A DNA stretch of 62,836 bases, the filler included, from Dimargaris cristalligena (lineage: Eukaryota), in assembly GCA_003614675.1 (NCBI GenBank). It is 2 parts of 2 records of this genome, joined end to end, with 100 filler letters (N's around TTAATTAATTAA, not from the genome) between each part and the next. Parts side by side here need not be neighbours in the genome. Positions count along the whole stretch, not along the records: positions 31,476 to 62,836 come from ML002443.1; 1 more part is not named here. The stretch is one strand, 5' to 3'. This document shows positions 51,228 to 62,836 of this stretch, one piece after another (position 1 is the first letter of the stretch; each line of letters opens with the position of its first letter). A program made the translations under genes and the position numbers. The notes below the pieces were generated by a model, which was given only the letters and a program-made list of their open reading frames with translations, was not told the DNA's origin and did no database searches.

Positions 51228-52178
51228 CCTTCAATGGCCCACTTACCCAATCACGGTGCCAGTGTAACAACCAGCTGGATGGGAAGGTTTACCTCTGTCG
51301 GTTGTTATCGAAAGAAAGTGCTCCCGCCCCCCCTAGGTCTGGGAGGCTACCTTCTATAGTATTTCCTATACAATAGACCTTTTATATACTTACCCCTTGT
51401 GGCCCTCTATTGACACGTAATAATACTAACATTGGCGGTTGAATTTTCACCCAACGTAACGGACCCTACTATATCCTGCAATAAGGCTTTAGGGGCATCT
51501 GCAGTAGTCGTGGAGTGATGTAGCAGGTGGTTTGAGCTGGACTAGGCTTATTAGTTAGAAAGTAGGCCTGCTGCGGAACCAGCAGTGCTAATTGACTGGA
51601 AACCCCTTTTTTCCCTCTCAAATAATACAGTGGCCGCAGAAGGCGTTCTTCAATTAAAGAAAAGGGGTTCGAAGTATACTAATTGCACTAGTGGGCTAGT
51701 AAGAGGATGATGAGGTAGGTCCATCTGAGTCATAGAGCAAAAATAAATACCGGCTGTCAAACCAAACTATGTCAGCTGAACAGACGACTTAATCGATATT
51801 GCTGTTCAATACAACCTAATGAATTTACAGCCAAGTGGGCCTTAGCTTAAATTCAATAAATCTGGGATGAGGTCTATACTCAAGCAATTCACCTAAAACC
51901 ATGTCACTAAGGATATGTCGGCCCTTAGATATTATACAGCGGATCCTCAATGGACAATTCACATTTAATACCATTAAATGATAACCAAGGGCGAAATGCA
52001 GCCTAACTGTATAAAATTTTTAACAGTATAGTAGGTACAGGAAAAACAGCGGGGTTAATAATGTAACCGGCAATATCAGTCGCAGCAAACACTCATTTCG
52101 CTAGAGGGCATAACTGAACCCCACCCATATTGTTTAGGGTTATTTTCATTTTAGATATATATAAATAAGCCGTATGAA

Positions 52179-54620
52179 TTAAGCTACCAACTCGCTAGGA
52201 GGGGCACAGGCCATTACATCTTCCTCTTCTTCGGGGGTCAGTACAAGGGCCAGTAAATCGTGGGCCTTTTCGGACAGGCGGTTCAAAGCGTCCGATTCGT
52301 GGTGGCCAAAAGTCAAGCGGCTCATGATATACACGTAGGGGTAGAATAGTGACGGAGAGGAATTGGGTGTAGTAGACAGCGAATCGGGATTGACGAGGGA
52401 CTCGCACAAGGATTGGGAATAAGTAAGTAATGCGTGTAAAAAATCGACAATTAAACAAATGAAGTCCTCCCGAAGTGAATAGGGTGTCAATAGTCCGGAA
52501 AGGCGCTGGTATTCGCATTGGAGCGTATTAATCAGAGCAGTTAACAGGGGTCGGGATTGAAGCATTAGCGACTGGGTCGAGGCACCATGGTACCGAAGCA
52601 GTAGAAATAGAGTATGGAGCGCCATTTGCCGCGTTTCAATAGAGCTTGCCCCCCTCTGGCCACTGGTGGCTAAAAGGCTGGTTATACACCTCAACACACA
52701 GTCCAGCCACTCGGAACCGCCGTTGGTCGAGAGTCGGGTCCACAAATCGGGTTCTAATACAAAAAACTGGAGAATTAGACAAAAGCGCCGCACGACTGGA
52801 CCGGGTAGGTTGGGATCGAAGATGAGAGGCATTATAGACGCCTGGGTAAACGCCATCAATCCAGCAGCGTTAGTGGGGTCCGATGGTGTCATACTACCAA
52901 TACTTAATAAAATTAATTGTGAAAAGAAATCAACGGATTTCCGTCGTAGTGGGTCATCGGCCACCATTGTGGGGGCCGCCAGTATGCTTTGAACCCATGT
53001 TTGGACAAATATAGGGTCACCGAGTATATCCTGAATAACCTGTTCGACGATTAGGGGATCCGATGCCGCCAAGGGCAGTAGTGCGGCTAAAATTAGTAGT
53101 TGAGGTACGCCCTATAATGTATAGGGAACCGCCACCACAGGAGTAGGACATTATCAAAATATAAAGGGTTAGATTTATATATATGAATCGGCGGATTACA
53201 TCAAGAGGATATGTAACTATTATACTGAATCGGGACGGGGGATGGGTTGACATAGCAATAAATCTACCTGGTCGTCGGTGGCCCGATGGAGCGGCGTATC
53301 GATTGTGTCGCGCATAAATTTGGTGAGTTTAGCAGGGATCCGAGCACCATCAGCCTCGGCTTGATAGTAGGATATTTCCAGCACCAAAGCGGCAAAGAGA
53401 TGGTCGGCTACCTCGGAACGGTGGGTCGCTGGAAGACCATGGTAAATCGACTTGAGTTGACCTAAAACAACCACCATGGGCAATGGAGGAATCCGGGCCG
53501 AACCAGTCCCTTTGGGTGATCTAGTGCCATCGACTGGACTAGGGGGTACAACAGTGGGGGCAGGCTCAGGTTCGGGCTTGGGCATGGGCACAGGCGGCAA
53601 AAGAGGATCGGTCATAGTACCCACCGACTCGGTTATGATGGCAGGTGGAGACGGTATGGGTGGTCCGTAAAAATCGAGCATATTAGGGAAGCCGGCCGGA
53701 CTGGGGGAGGGGGCTATAGGACGGGGCGAGTTCATGAGACGAGTCGGTGTACGGTTCCGAGACCCTGTCGTTGCCGGCGGGATACGTGCCGACATTTGGG
53801 CAGCGGTCAGTTCCTGCTGTTTGAAATTAAGTTCAGTGCGCAACACCTCGAGCTCCCGGTTCATAGTTTGCTGGAGCTGCTCTTTTTCGTCCTGGTTCCG
53901 AGTGAGGGCCTGGTTCACTTTTTCCTGCAATTGGGTATTCTCGGCTTCCGACTTGACCAGGCGCTTCCGGATAATGGCGATTTCCCCGTCGCTGGTGTAT
54001 TTGTGGGTCAGGAGTTCCTCCTTCTCGTGGAGCGCGCGACGGTTTTCCTCCCGCAGTTTGGCCAGCTCCTCCTTGAGGGCCGATAGCTCGTCCGACCAAA
54101 CGGCGGGCTGGGCCGGGGTCGTGTCCATAGGGGCAACTTGGGGAAACGAGGGGCCCCCGTCCGTGGGAGGGGTATCAAGGTCCATGGAAGTCGTAGGGTT
54201 CTGTCGCCGGGGAGGTAAACTCCCGCCCGGACCCCGGTGGTCCAGAGTGACCCCGGTGAGTTCAAGCTGCTGGGAAGCGAGGAACTCCTCCTCGGTGGAC
54301 TGAAGCATCTTCTCGATGGTGTCGTCCCATTCCAGTAGGGTGTCGAAATCGGCATCGTTCCCCCAGAGATTGCCCAGGTTCTCCTCCTGCTGAAGAACCC
54401 GAATCGAGTCTTTGGCGGCGGCCACGGCGCTACTAGAGGCTTCGTTGTAAGTAGAATCGCTGCGAGCACCTAGATTGTACGTGACCGACACGGACCGCCG
54501 TGCGCCCAGCTGGGTAGCGCTAGACGGCGGGCCCTCTGCATTCGGGGTGCTATTGCTCAGGGAGAGCGTCGGCGGGAGTTTCTCCTGGCTGTTGCGCTGG
54601 GAGTTGGCAGGGGAGGGCAT
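52179..54620 (-). CDS. ATRIP/Rad26-like checkpoint protein, 2 exons (54620-53268, 53111-52179)
   Basis: Acidic N-terminus with LASQ, coiled coil containing DGEIAIIRKRL and LRTELNFKQQEL (ATRIP/Rad26 pattern), and a helical C-terminus. The splice is frame-consistent. Confidence 0.72.
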
Positions 54621-55337
54621 GCGGGAAAGGTAAAGGTGGAGCAGCCGCTAGCCACTGGAAAGGCAATTAAGCAGGACGGTGGTAGGTACGCACAGGCAGT
54701 TAACGCAACTGGGGAAGGAAGGGGAGGAGGGGTTGGATAACGAGGTGAATCAGGAGGGGAGGGAAACCAAACAGGCGGTACCCAAAATAAGGTGAGGTAT
54801 AGGGGGAAACAGTTACATACAATAATGATCCCCGCACCGCATTTATTATAGGCGACACTAATACCACCACCACCAGTAAATGCGTTTGTTTAGGATAAGC
54901 AGTGGCATATGGTGGGAGCTGCGGCAACTCTAAATACAAGAAGGACACGCAGGTGAATGTAAGTAATCCAATGGCAGTCGGATAATGGAGAGGAATGGGG
55001 CTCACTATCTGATGCCCCTACTATTTTACCCGAAGCTGTTATCTTTGGGAGCTGCTTCCACCGTTGGCTAACCACAGCCATTGAATTAATAATATAATAG
55101 CATGGCGTCTCTTATAACTAACACCTATATTATATCCCTTTCCGTTCTTAAATGCACTTTCTCTTCTTCTCCACCTCCCCATTCAATACTACTTGGGTAT
55201 TACACTTTAGGGCCAACCAAGAATCAACAATGCCTCTTCCACTCCTCTGACCGATCTGTATTTGCTATTTACCATTTATACACTACCCTTCAACAGTATT
55301 CGTCCCACTCCTTCCCATTATCCCCCCTTTTCTCGAC

Positions 55338-55955
55338 ATGTCTATTCCCGCCACCGTTCGCAAGGCCGCCCTCGGTGCAAAGCCGACCCTTCGACTACGA
55401 CGGGCTGCCATCACGCTTACACCCGCTGCCGTTAGCAAAATCCGACAACTTACCCCGGCGTCCGAATCCGAGAATTCCGGTAAACTGCTGAAAATCGGCG
55501 TCAAGACGAAGGGGTGCTCCGGACTACAGTATGCCCTGGACTATACTAATGCTAAACAAAAGTTTGACGAGGCTGTGACCCAAGACGGTAAGTTTCTCTC
55601 AAGTGACCATTGTAGTCAGTTTGTTGAGGCGAGACCCGATAAATGCCCGTGGCAGTAGTGATACACACACCTTTTATGATGCCGCTTCCATGCCCCGTTT
55701 ATTAGCTAAAACAGGTCCACTATATGGAGGATGTTTGCCGAGTCATTATTTCTAACTATTTATGAGTTTTATTCCATTATCACCACCCCCTTTCCATTGT
55801 ATATAGGGGTTACGGTGCTAATCGACTCCAAGGCCCTTCTAACAATATTGGGCTCGGAAATGGACTATGTTGAAGAACCTTTGGCCTCCCAGTTTGTTTT
55901 TACTAACCCCAATGTTAAAGAGTCGTGCGGTTGTGGTCAGAGCTTCATGGTTTAA
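55338..55955 (+). CDS. ISA1: Iron-sulfur cluster assembly protein Isa1 (HesB/IscA family), 2 exons (55338-55587, 55807-55955)
   Basis: AAITLTPAAV..IGVKTKGCSGLQY..KFDEAVTQDGVTVLID..FTNPNVKESCGCGQSF. Confidence 0.95.
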
Positions 55956-56618
55956 TCAGCAATGCCCCGGTCTTCTGACATGTGCCCCCCTCTCAACAAC
56001 AGTGGGGGTGTTTTTTTTACTTGTGACCCAGGGCTGCCACCTATTATTCCAGGATTTCTATTCAGCGGTATAGACGCCCTCCTTATTTTTGAGTAATTAT
56101 CTTTTGCGCTGGTAGGGCTTACCAGGGGAGACATTTCCCTTAACGTTGGTCAAAGAATTGGGCACATAATAAAGTCCCCTTGTATAGTTAGTTGCTTTCG
56201 GAAATAACATTGATTTTTGATTGAGACCCGATTATAGTGCATTTGGTGTAAACCATGTCCATCTGAAATGATGTTTACTCGCTTAGATTAACCAAGGATG
56301 GCTCGAGCACGCTTCCGTCCATAAGCCGATATACTCAAACTGGAATGTCGGTCAATGTCCAAATGGGAAGCGGATAAGCAATCTTGGACTCTCTGTTCCG
56401 ATGCCCCCTTTGGACTTGAAATAGGAGGACTCCTGGTCAATCACCATTACTGTAAATAATCGATTACCGATGGACTTGCTGCTTCCACTTGGATTCCCCT
56501 GAGTTTGCTCTCCCTTCCCTACTCAGCTAGTTGGAATTGGCCGGCAGCTGGGATCGCCGGAACGAACTAGAGTATCGGCCATTCAGTTACCGACCTAGAT
56601 GCCAACGATTTGCATCTG

Positions 56619-56622
<4 letters not shown>

Positions 56623-56651
<29 letters not shown>
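56623..56651. repeat. (AT)n microsatellite
   Basis: Directly visible. Confidence 0.85.
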
Positions 56652-56654
<3 letters not shown>

Positions 56655-58222
56655 TAAGCGGGGTTGGGGACAGCTGTAGAATAGTAGTCCGGGTTAGGTT
56701 TGGTCAAGGGATGATCCATCACCACTCAGTAAGGTTAGTAGTGTATTAAAAGGGAAGTAAGTTCTCCCGTGGAACATATGGGGGTTGGCAACGGCTTAGC
56801 AATCCCTCTGCTAAAGCCGGCCCATACTTATCTTATTCGGCCATCCGAGTATTCCATTACACAGAGAATTAAGGTAGGTTGGCTTCGGTGGCAAATACGC
56901 AGTGCCGTGTGGACGTAAAAGAAACAGGCGCGGCGAGAACCCCGAATAGCCTGGTTTATTAATGGAGAGTATACAATGGTAGATGTGAAATCAGAATATT
57001 CCCCAAGGATGCGTGATTGGATGCCAACGGCCTTTCTCTGGGGGGTAGTGTGAAAAAATGGGACCGGCTTTTGGGGCTCAGCACAACCCAGGGTTTATCG
57101 GCACCGTCGCCTTTACCAATTAAAGAAGAGTGGTTGGGTATCCTGGAATCGCCCCGGGGGAGTTTCACTCATTAATAGTTGGCGATTCAATACAGTTCCT
57201 CCATAGTGCGTATATATTCAACCACCCCAGCATCTGTTACTTGAACCGCCTCCGTTAATTAAGAATGCCAATGTCGGGATTATAGGGGCATCGTTTGTTT
57301 AGATGGTGAGAAACCCTGATACGAAGGGGGGCGGGATGTAAGGAAAAGGAGGGGAAGAGTTTCCGGCGATCAGCGAGTGGCCGTTTCGGGGCCGGTTAAT
57401 AATAGGAAGTGGGCAATGTGAGAGGGGGTGAGTTGACGGGGAAACATAAGAGAATAGGGTCCATAAACAGCGATTGGCGCATATGTGACTGGACCGAGTG
57501 TACGACAAACAAGCAGCCACAGCTGGCTGCTAATACAAGCTAATAAACAGGGCGGAGGGACTATGGGAAAGTCGGTGCGGAAGAACATGTTTATTATGCT
57601 GACTCCGGTCGGCCTAGGTCATGCATCCCTAATGGGCAGAGCCCCAGCATTAGAAGGATGCCTTTGCTTTGTAAAGTGTTTTAAAGAAAGACGGGGAGGG
57701 AGAGGTTATGGGCTCAGGGGATTCGCGCAAGTAAGCCTGTGGATTGCCACACGCCATGGGGTCAGTGGGCTCTAATATGGAAGGTGAGCCCTGGCAGTAT
57801 AGAGGTGTGGTGCCAATATAAACCAAGCGAGAGGACAGGGCTAATTGTGGTAGATTGGGTGTCGTCCGATATGGCTTCCATTTGTTGTATACATATCGCC
57901 CACCATGCTTTAAATACATCTGCCCGTCCCCCGGATCCGCCCTACACAGAGCCTTTCGTTATTCCTTCCCCTAACTATCCTTATTGCCTCCACCTTTATC
58001 TAATTGTGGCGCTGTGTTTTCTGATATTTTCTATTGTGTCATTTGCCGGGATATTAGCCATTATTGATCGCTTCTTCCCTTCCCTTAATCATAATCTTAA
58101 TTTTAATTAGTCGGTTATTTATATCCCTGTTCGTTGTTTAGAACTCCACCAACTAAGCTATTCTTGGCCAGCCACTTCAATTCAGTCTCGGAGTCTCTCC
58201 TGCTATTCCCCGTTCTCTTGAA

Positions 58223-61200
58223 ATGCTTGCGACCAACCCACACTCTAACCCTCACTCAGACATGCTGGTCCAACCAGCTACCTCGAGAGATAAGCCGGGC
58301 CAACAACACCCCCTGGCACTGGGGAGGGCCTCCCCCTCTTCTTTTCCTGAAGCTGCCGCCAGTTCTTCTGACCACCGTGCTCAGCACCGCTTAACCAATG
58401 CCACCACCAAATCCTTCACCGTTTCCAACTTTACCCGCGCCTTTGCTTCCTACACCCGCATCAACCGGTCTCCCCCCTCATCGGCCGCTCCCGACGAGGC
58501 TGCTTCTACTCCCTCTTCGTACTATTCTTTCCCGCTTTCGCATTCCACTTCCGCCACTCCCTTCAATACCCCTTCCTACTCCCGCCCGCCTATGCCCTCG
58601 TTTTTCCCAACGAGCCCCTCCATATCGGAGGTACTGGCCAGTCCACCCCCGCCCCCGTCCGCCAGTTCCCCCGCCGTAGCCAGTCAGACCCGGCTGTCCC
58701 TACTGAAGGCCCTCCGTCAACGCCGGGCCAGCGTCCACGTGGCTTCCTATATGCGCGTCATCGCCACCGTCTCCAGCATCCGCACTTTCCCCGTCACTGT
58801 CCGTCGGACCGACACCATCGAGGATCTGGCCCGCCAGATTGAGGCCGAGTATGCTTTCCGTTACCCGTGTTCCCTGCCCCCGTCTCCTCTCGCTGCTGCT
58901 GCCGACGACGACAGTCCGCGCTCCACCGCTTCGCCCCCGGGTTACCCCCCCGCCGCTCCGCTCATCTGCGGCTCCCTGCTATTTAACGACACCCCCCTTA
59001 TATTCGAGTCGATTATCGGCGAGGTGCTCCACATGGATGACACTGTGACCGTGGTCAACCTGCATGACGGTGGTAAGTACCTTACCTTCTAGTTATGGCC
59101 TAGCTGTATTATTGTATACCATGTGTACGCCTCGCTGACTGCCCTCTTACCCCTTGTTTGACTGCTTTAGCTTGGTTCTATTACGGAACATTGCGCCGGT
59201 GCTGACCCGAGCACTCAGCCGTGGCTGTGGCACTAACCTTGTCGCACTGCCGTCCTCGGATGAGTGAAGTTGGTTCATTAAGAACGGTCAACTCCTTCAC
59301 CGTCCGCTCTCCTTTTTTTTCTTTTCGTTTTTGCTAAAGGTGGCTGTATTACTTGGCCCTATTGTTCCAGCAAGGCTTACATCCATGGACTGTATGAGCT
59401 ATCCATGGCTAAGGCGGGATCCGTCACATGTGGCGGTCGCTTAGGCCTGTTCAGTTAGAAACTGGGTTGGACGACGGCCACGTCTGCATCGACTGTGTCC
59501 ACGCGCGCCTATTTTATTTTTCGTCTCTGTATGCATCCCGCATACACTCTCCTGGTTTGTCTATTTGGGCCTGTACCGAACTGACCGACTTTCAACTATC
59601 CCTTTGTGACCCCCCTCCTATTGTGTATCCCTTATTTATGTCGGGTCGCTCGGCACCATTCCCCCGAAATAGCCGAAGACAGCACTAGTCACCAAGCGTC
59701 GCCTGTATGCCCCATTGCTGTTACCCTCCCACCTGTATCTACTACCTCCTCAAGTTCGTCTGGCCCCGTCAGCCCCCCCGAATCCTTTAGACCCGACCAA
59801 TCCGTTATGTCCTTTGACTCATTGAACTCTTTCGCCAGTGACAAGTCTGAGACCGCCCAGCGGGCGGCCATTCACCATGCCCCCGCTATCCAGTTCGCCC
59901 CCGAACTGGCCTATATTTCCTCCCCGGCCAAATCTCAGAACCTGTTTACTCTGGAGCGCCTCACCCGCCTGGCCCTCCCCCATGTTCGTTTTACCAACCT
60001 CCTCACCTCCTTCTCCATGGTAGGCTACTTCCTCCACCATTGCCTCCAGGTCGGGGAATTCGCCGTGGAAAGCGCCCTGTTTTGGTTGGACGTGGAGCGC
60101 TTCCGGGTCACCCAATCCAACGTCTGTCGACTCACCGCCAATTATATTTATATCACCTACCTGGCCCCCCAGGCGCCCCTTTTCGTTAACATCCCCAAAG
60201 AAGTACGTGACGAGATCCAGTGGCCCTTCCTCCCTGGCTGGAACTTGGATGTGTCCGTGTTCGACGAAGCCCAGGAATGGGTCTTCCAAACCATGAAGCA
60301 CCGGCTCCTCACCCGTTTCGAAAAGAGCGATCTCTTTGGCGATATGTGGGATGACCGGCGTTGCCTACCCCAGAACTACGTCCAAGACCAATCAACCTCC
60401 CTGGATCGCCTCCAGCGCTGGGGTTCCGCCAATATCGATGTGGTCCTATGGATTAATGACCTCAACTTCAACGATAGCGACCGGCCCTTGGTGGCCGAGC
60501 TGAGCCGCCTCAGCGACGAGTTCCGGGAAGATTTGGTCAAGCGTATCATGGAGCAGTTTGACCCCCTGCCCCAAACCGTTAAGGCCGTGAACGGATACTT
60601 CACCCACCCCAAGCGGATTACCCATCTTCACAAGAACCTCCGGATGCAGCGCAACAAACGCCTGCTCAAATTCTTCGGGGAGAAGCCCGAGTCCGAGGTC
60701 TTGACTCCACAGTTGGACCTACCCCTGCACTCCCCCTCCCTGTCGGTCCTGCAGCGTCAGCAACGCCAACATACCGAGCGGCTCTATGGCAAGACCAACG
60801 ATTACCTCGAAGGGTCATCTGGGCGGAAGAGGCGCCAGTCCACCGCCTCCAACTACCTACTTGGCCTCGACCAGCCCAGTATGGCCAGTTCAGGAGCCTC
60901 GGTGTATACCCAGTCTTCACCCTGTTCGGCGAGTTTCCCAGATAACTCCAGTATGTTCATGTCGGGCAACAGTTCCTTCATGGACGACCCCAACTGGAAT
61001 AGCTACACCCGAAAGAAGAAGTTTGAGAAACTCGAGGAATTCTTTGGCAACCGTATCCCAGAGGAAATCCTGGTGGAGCAGCAGTTGATTGACCCCCGGG
61101 AACTAGCCGATTGGCGACAGCCGGTCGGCAGCGTTCCATCCCGAAACCCCTCTCCTAGCAACTCGGCCAAAGGCCATCTGGATGCCTCCTTCATCTGTTT

Positions 61201-62836
61201 ACCTACTCTCGAAACCAACAATGATCTATCCGCCGAGCAGAAACGTATCCTAACCAAGCGCCGCAAGAAGCTCAAGTACATGCTGGGCGAACCTCTAGCC
61301 GAGGCTACCGTCGAAAGTAATATGAACGCCCCTTTACTCCGTACCACACTGGGTCGCCAGCGGTCCTACACTACCAGTGATGTGGACGCCGCCAGCCTCC
61401 GTAGCCCCCATTCACCTATGACTGATGACTGGGGGGAAAGATCGCCCGCCAAGCCCCTGCCTATCCAGTCTCTACGCTCCGTCGCCGGGTTTACCCCATT
61501 GTCCCCTAAGCCATCGGCCATATCCCATGCCGCCACTCGGTCACTTTCTGATAAAATGGCCCGGTGCTCCATCTCACAGCGACGTGGTCAAGGGCAACTC
61601 GATTTGTTTGCCCGGGGTCGTACTTATTCCCAGCCCGGCCAATTCCGCCGCCCTTCGGATGCCGTAGGGGCTGAATTCGGTGGTATCCGCGGGCCCCGCC
61701 TGGCCCAAATCGACCTTAGTACCTTACAAAATGACCCCCCCAATTCCGTGTTTGCCCACACCGGGTCCTCCATCCCCTTCCATCCGTCCCCCAGTCTCCC
61801 GGACCTGCGGGACTACAGCGACGCCATTCCTGGTGCCTCGTCTCACCGCAAAAACTCCGAGCCTTTAGTGGGTTCTGATACTATTAGTTGTAGCACCGCA
61901 TTTTTGGCCCAAAGCCCGGGCCTTAACCTAGACCCCGAAATCGCCAGTCTAGCAAGTTCCCTATCTCCAGCTACTCCCCTGACCGCCGAATTCAACGAGA
62001 AAAACATCCGCCGGCGACAATTTGAGAAATTACGTGATGTGCTTGGGCCCAACTTGCCCATCGAAACCATCACCACGGGACTGTCTACCAAAGGAGCGGT
62101 CCGGGGCCATGTCGGCGGGGATGAGAATAGCCACCCTGGCTCCACCAGCATTTTCAATAATAAGGGGAGCTCCAAGCGAAACAATTATAGCCGTCACATG
62201 TCGATGATCGGCACGGGGGTAGGTATCCGATCCGCCAAGTCCAACCAAATCTTCAAAGTCGGCCCTCGGGACGAGACCTCACCTGTGCTTCCTTCTGGCC
62301 CATCTAATCTAACCCCCGAGGAGAAATCCCGGCGCATCAAGCGGGCCAATAAACTGGAACGCATGTTCGGCGAGCACCTGCCTTCGAAGGCCCGTATTCA
62401 GTTGATGAACCAGCCCCGGCCCCGCCAGTCAATTGACCGGATGGAGCCCGCCCTCACCCGCCGGTCGCGGGAGAATCCCAACGTTGCAGGCACTGGCGCT
62501 AAACCCGCCGTCAGTCCACGCAGCTACCATGGGTACAGTCACAGCTACAGCCACTCCCCGAAGGAGAGTCCCTCCGCCTCATTCCAGACGGCTTACACCT
62601 CTCGCCCCATGTCAACCTACGACGAACCCCCGTCGTTTACATCGAGTACCCATCCCTTGTTGCTGCTGGGCTCGGAATCCCCACTCTCGCCTCCCAACAA
62701 TTCCCATTCCGCGTCCGGCTGGCCTCCGGTACGCCGGGGCAGCGTGTCCCAGGCCTCGCTCAAGAAGTTCCTCAATGACGAGGATGCGGTGGATGATTTC
62801 ATTGACTATGTCACCGAGGTGACCCTCTCCCGGCGG
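58223..62836 (+). CDS. Large RGS-domain protein, 3'-truncated by the window edge (exons ~58223/58262-59072 and 59673->62836)
   Basis: Exon 2 appears open to the window end, so it is absent from the ORF track. About 59990-60340 reads ESALFWLDVERFR..ANYIYITYLAPQAPLFVNIPKEVR..FDEAQEWVFQTMKHRLLTRFEKS, which matches the RGS consensus. The splice is phase-consistent (GGTG|GTAAGT..AATAG|CC). Confidence 0.82.

Noticed and set aside
51583-51691. Imperfect inverted repeat (..AACCCCTTTT / AAAAGGGGTT..)
   Set aside because: Short, low complexity and single copy in the window; not enough to call an element.
53734-54303. 189-aa antisense ORF, and similar antisense ORFs inside APL3, ATM1, the UBX gene and the RGS gene
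   Set aside because: Shadow ORFs produced by GC-rich codon usage on the opposite coding strand.
1-62836. CRISPR arrays, rRNA or prokaryotic operon/defence systems
   Set aside because: No regularly spaced repeats or rRNA motifs were seen, and the genes carry spliceosomal introns, so this is eukaryotic DNA.

Overview
Intron-rich eukaryotic (fungal) genomic DNA with one 100-nt scaffold gap. Gene style and content suggest an early-diverging fungus, possibly a zoopagomycotan such as Dimargaris; this is an inference and is not verified. Most of the window is housekeeping genes whose exons I assembled by hand from GT-AG sites: a Zip3/RNF212-like RING protein, inositol monophosphatase, COA2, NDUFA13/GRIM-19, TAM41, AP-2 alpha adaptin, a UBXN1-like protein, WRAP73/WDR8, ATM1, a Ych1/Ibp1-type rhodanese, KXD1, an ATRIP/Rad26-like protein, ISA1 and a 3'-truncated RGS-domain gene. 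The most notable part is an accessory island at about 42.4-52 kb. It holds two tandem paralogs encoding signal peptide + KR + F-box-like motif proteins (candidate secreted F-box effectors; one intact, one with nonsense codons). They are separated by a CpG-erased DIRS-like tyrosine-recombinase retroelement relic and flanked by copies of a 144-bp MITE-like family. Also of note are a C2H2 zinc-finger ORF with an apparent signal peptide and NLS, and a stand-alone NRPS/PKS-type thioesterase.
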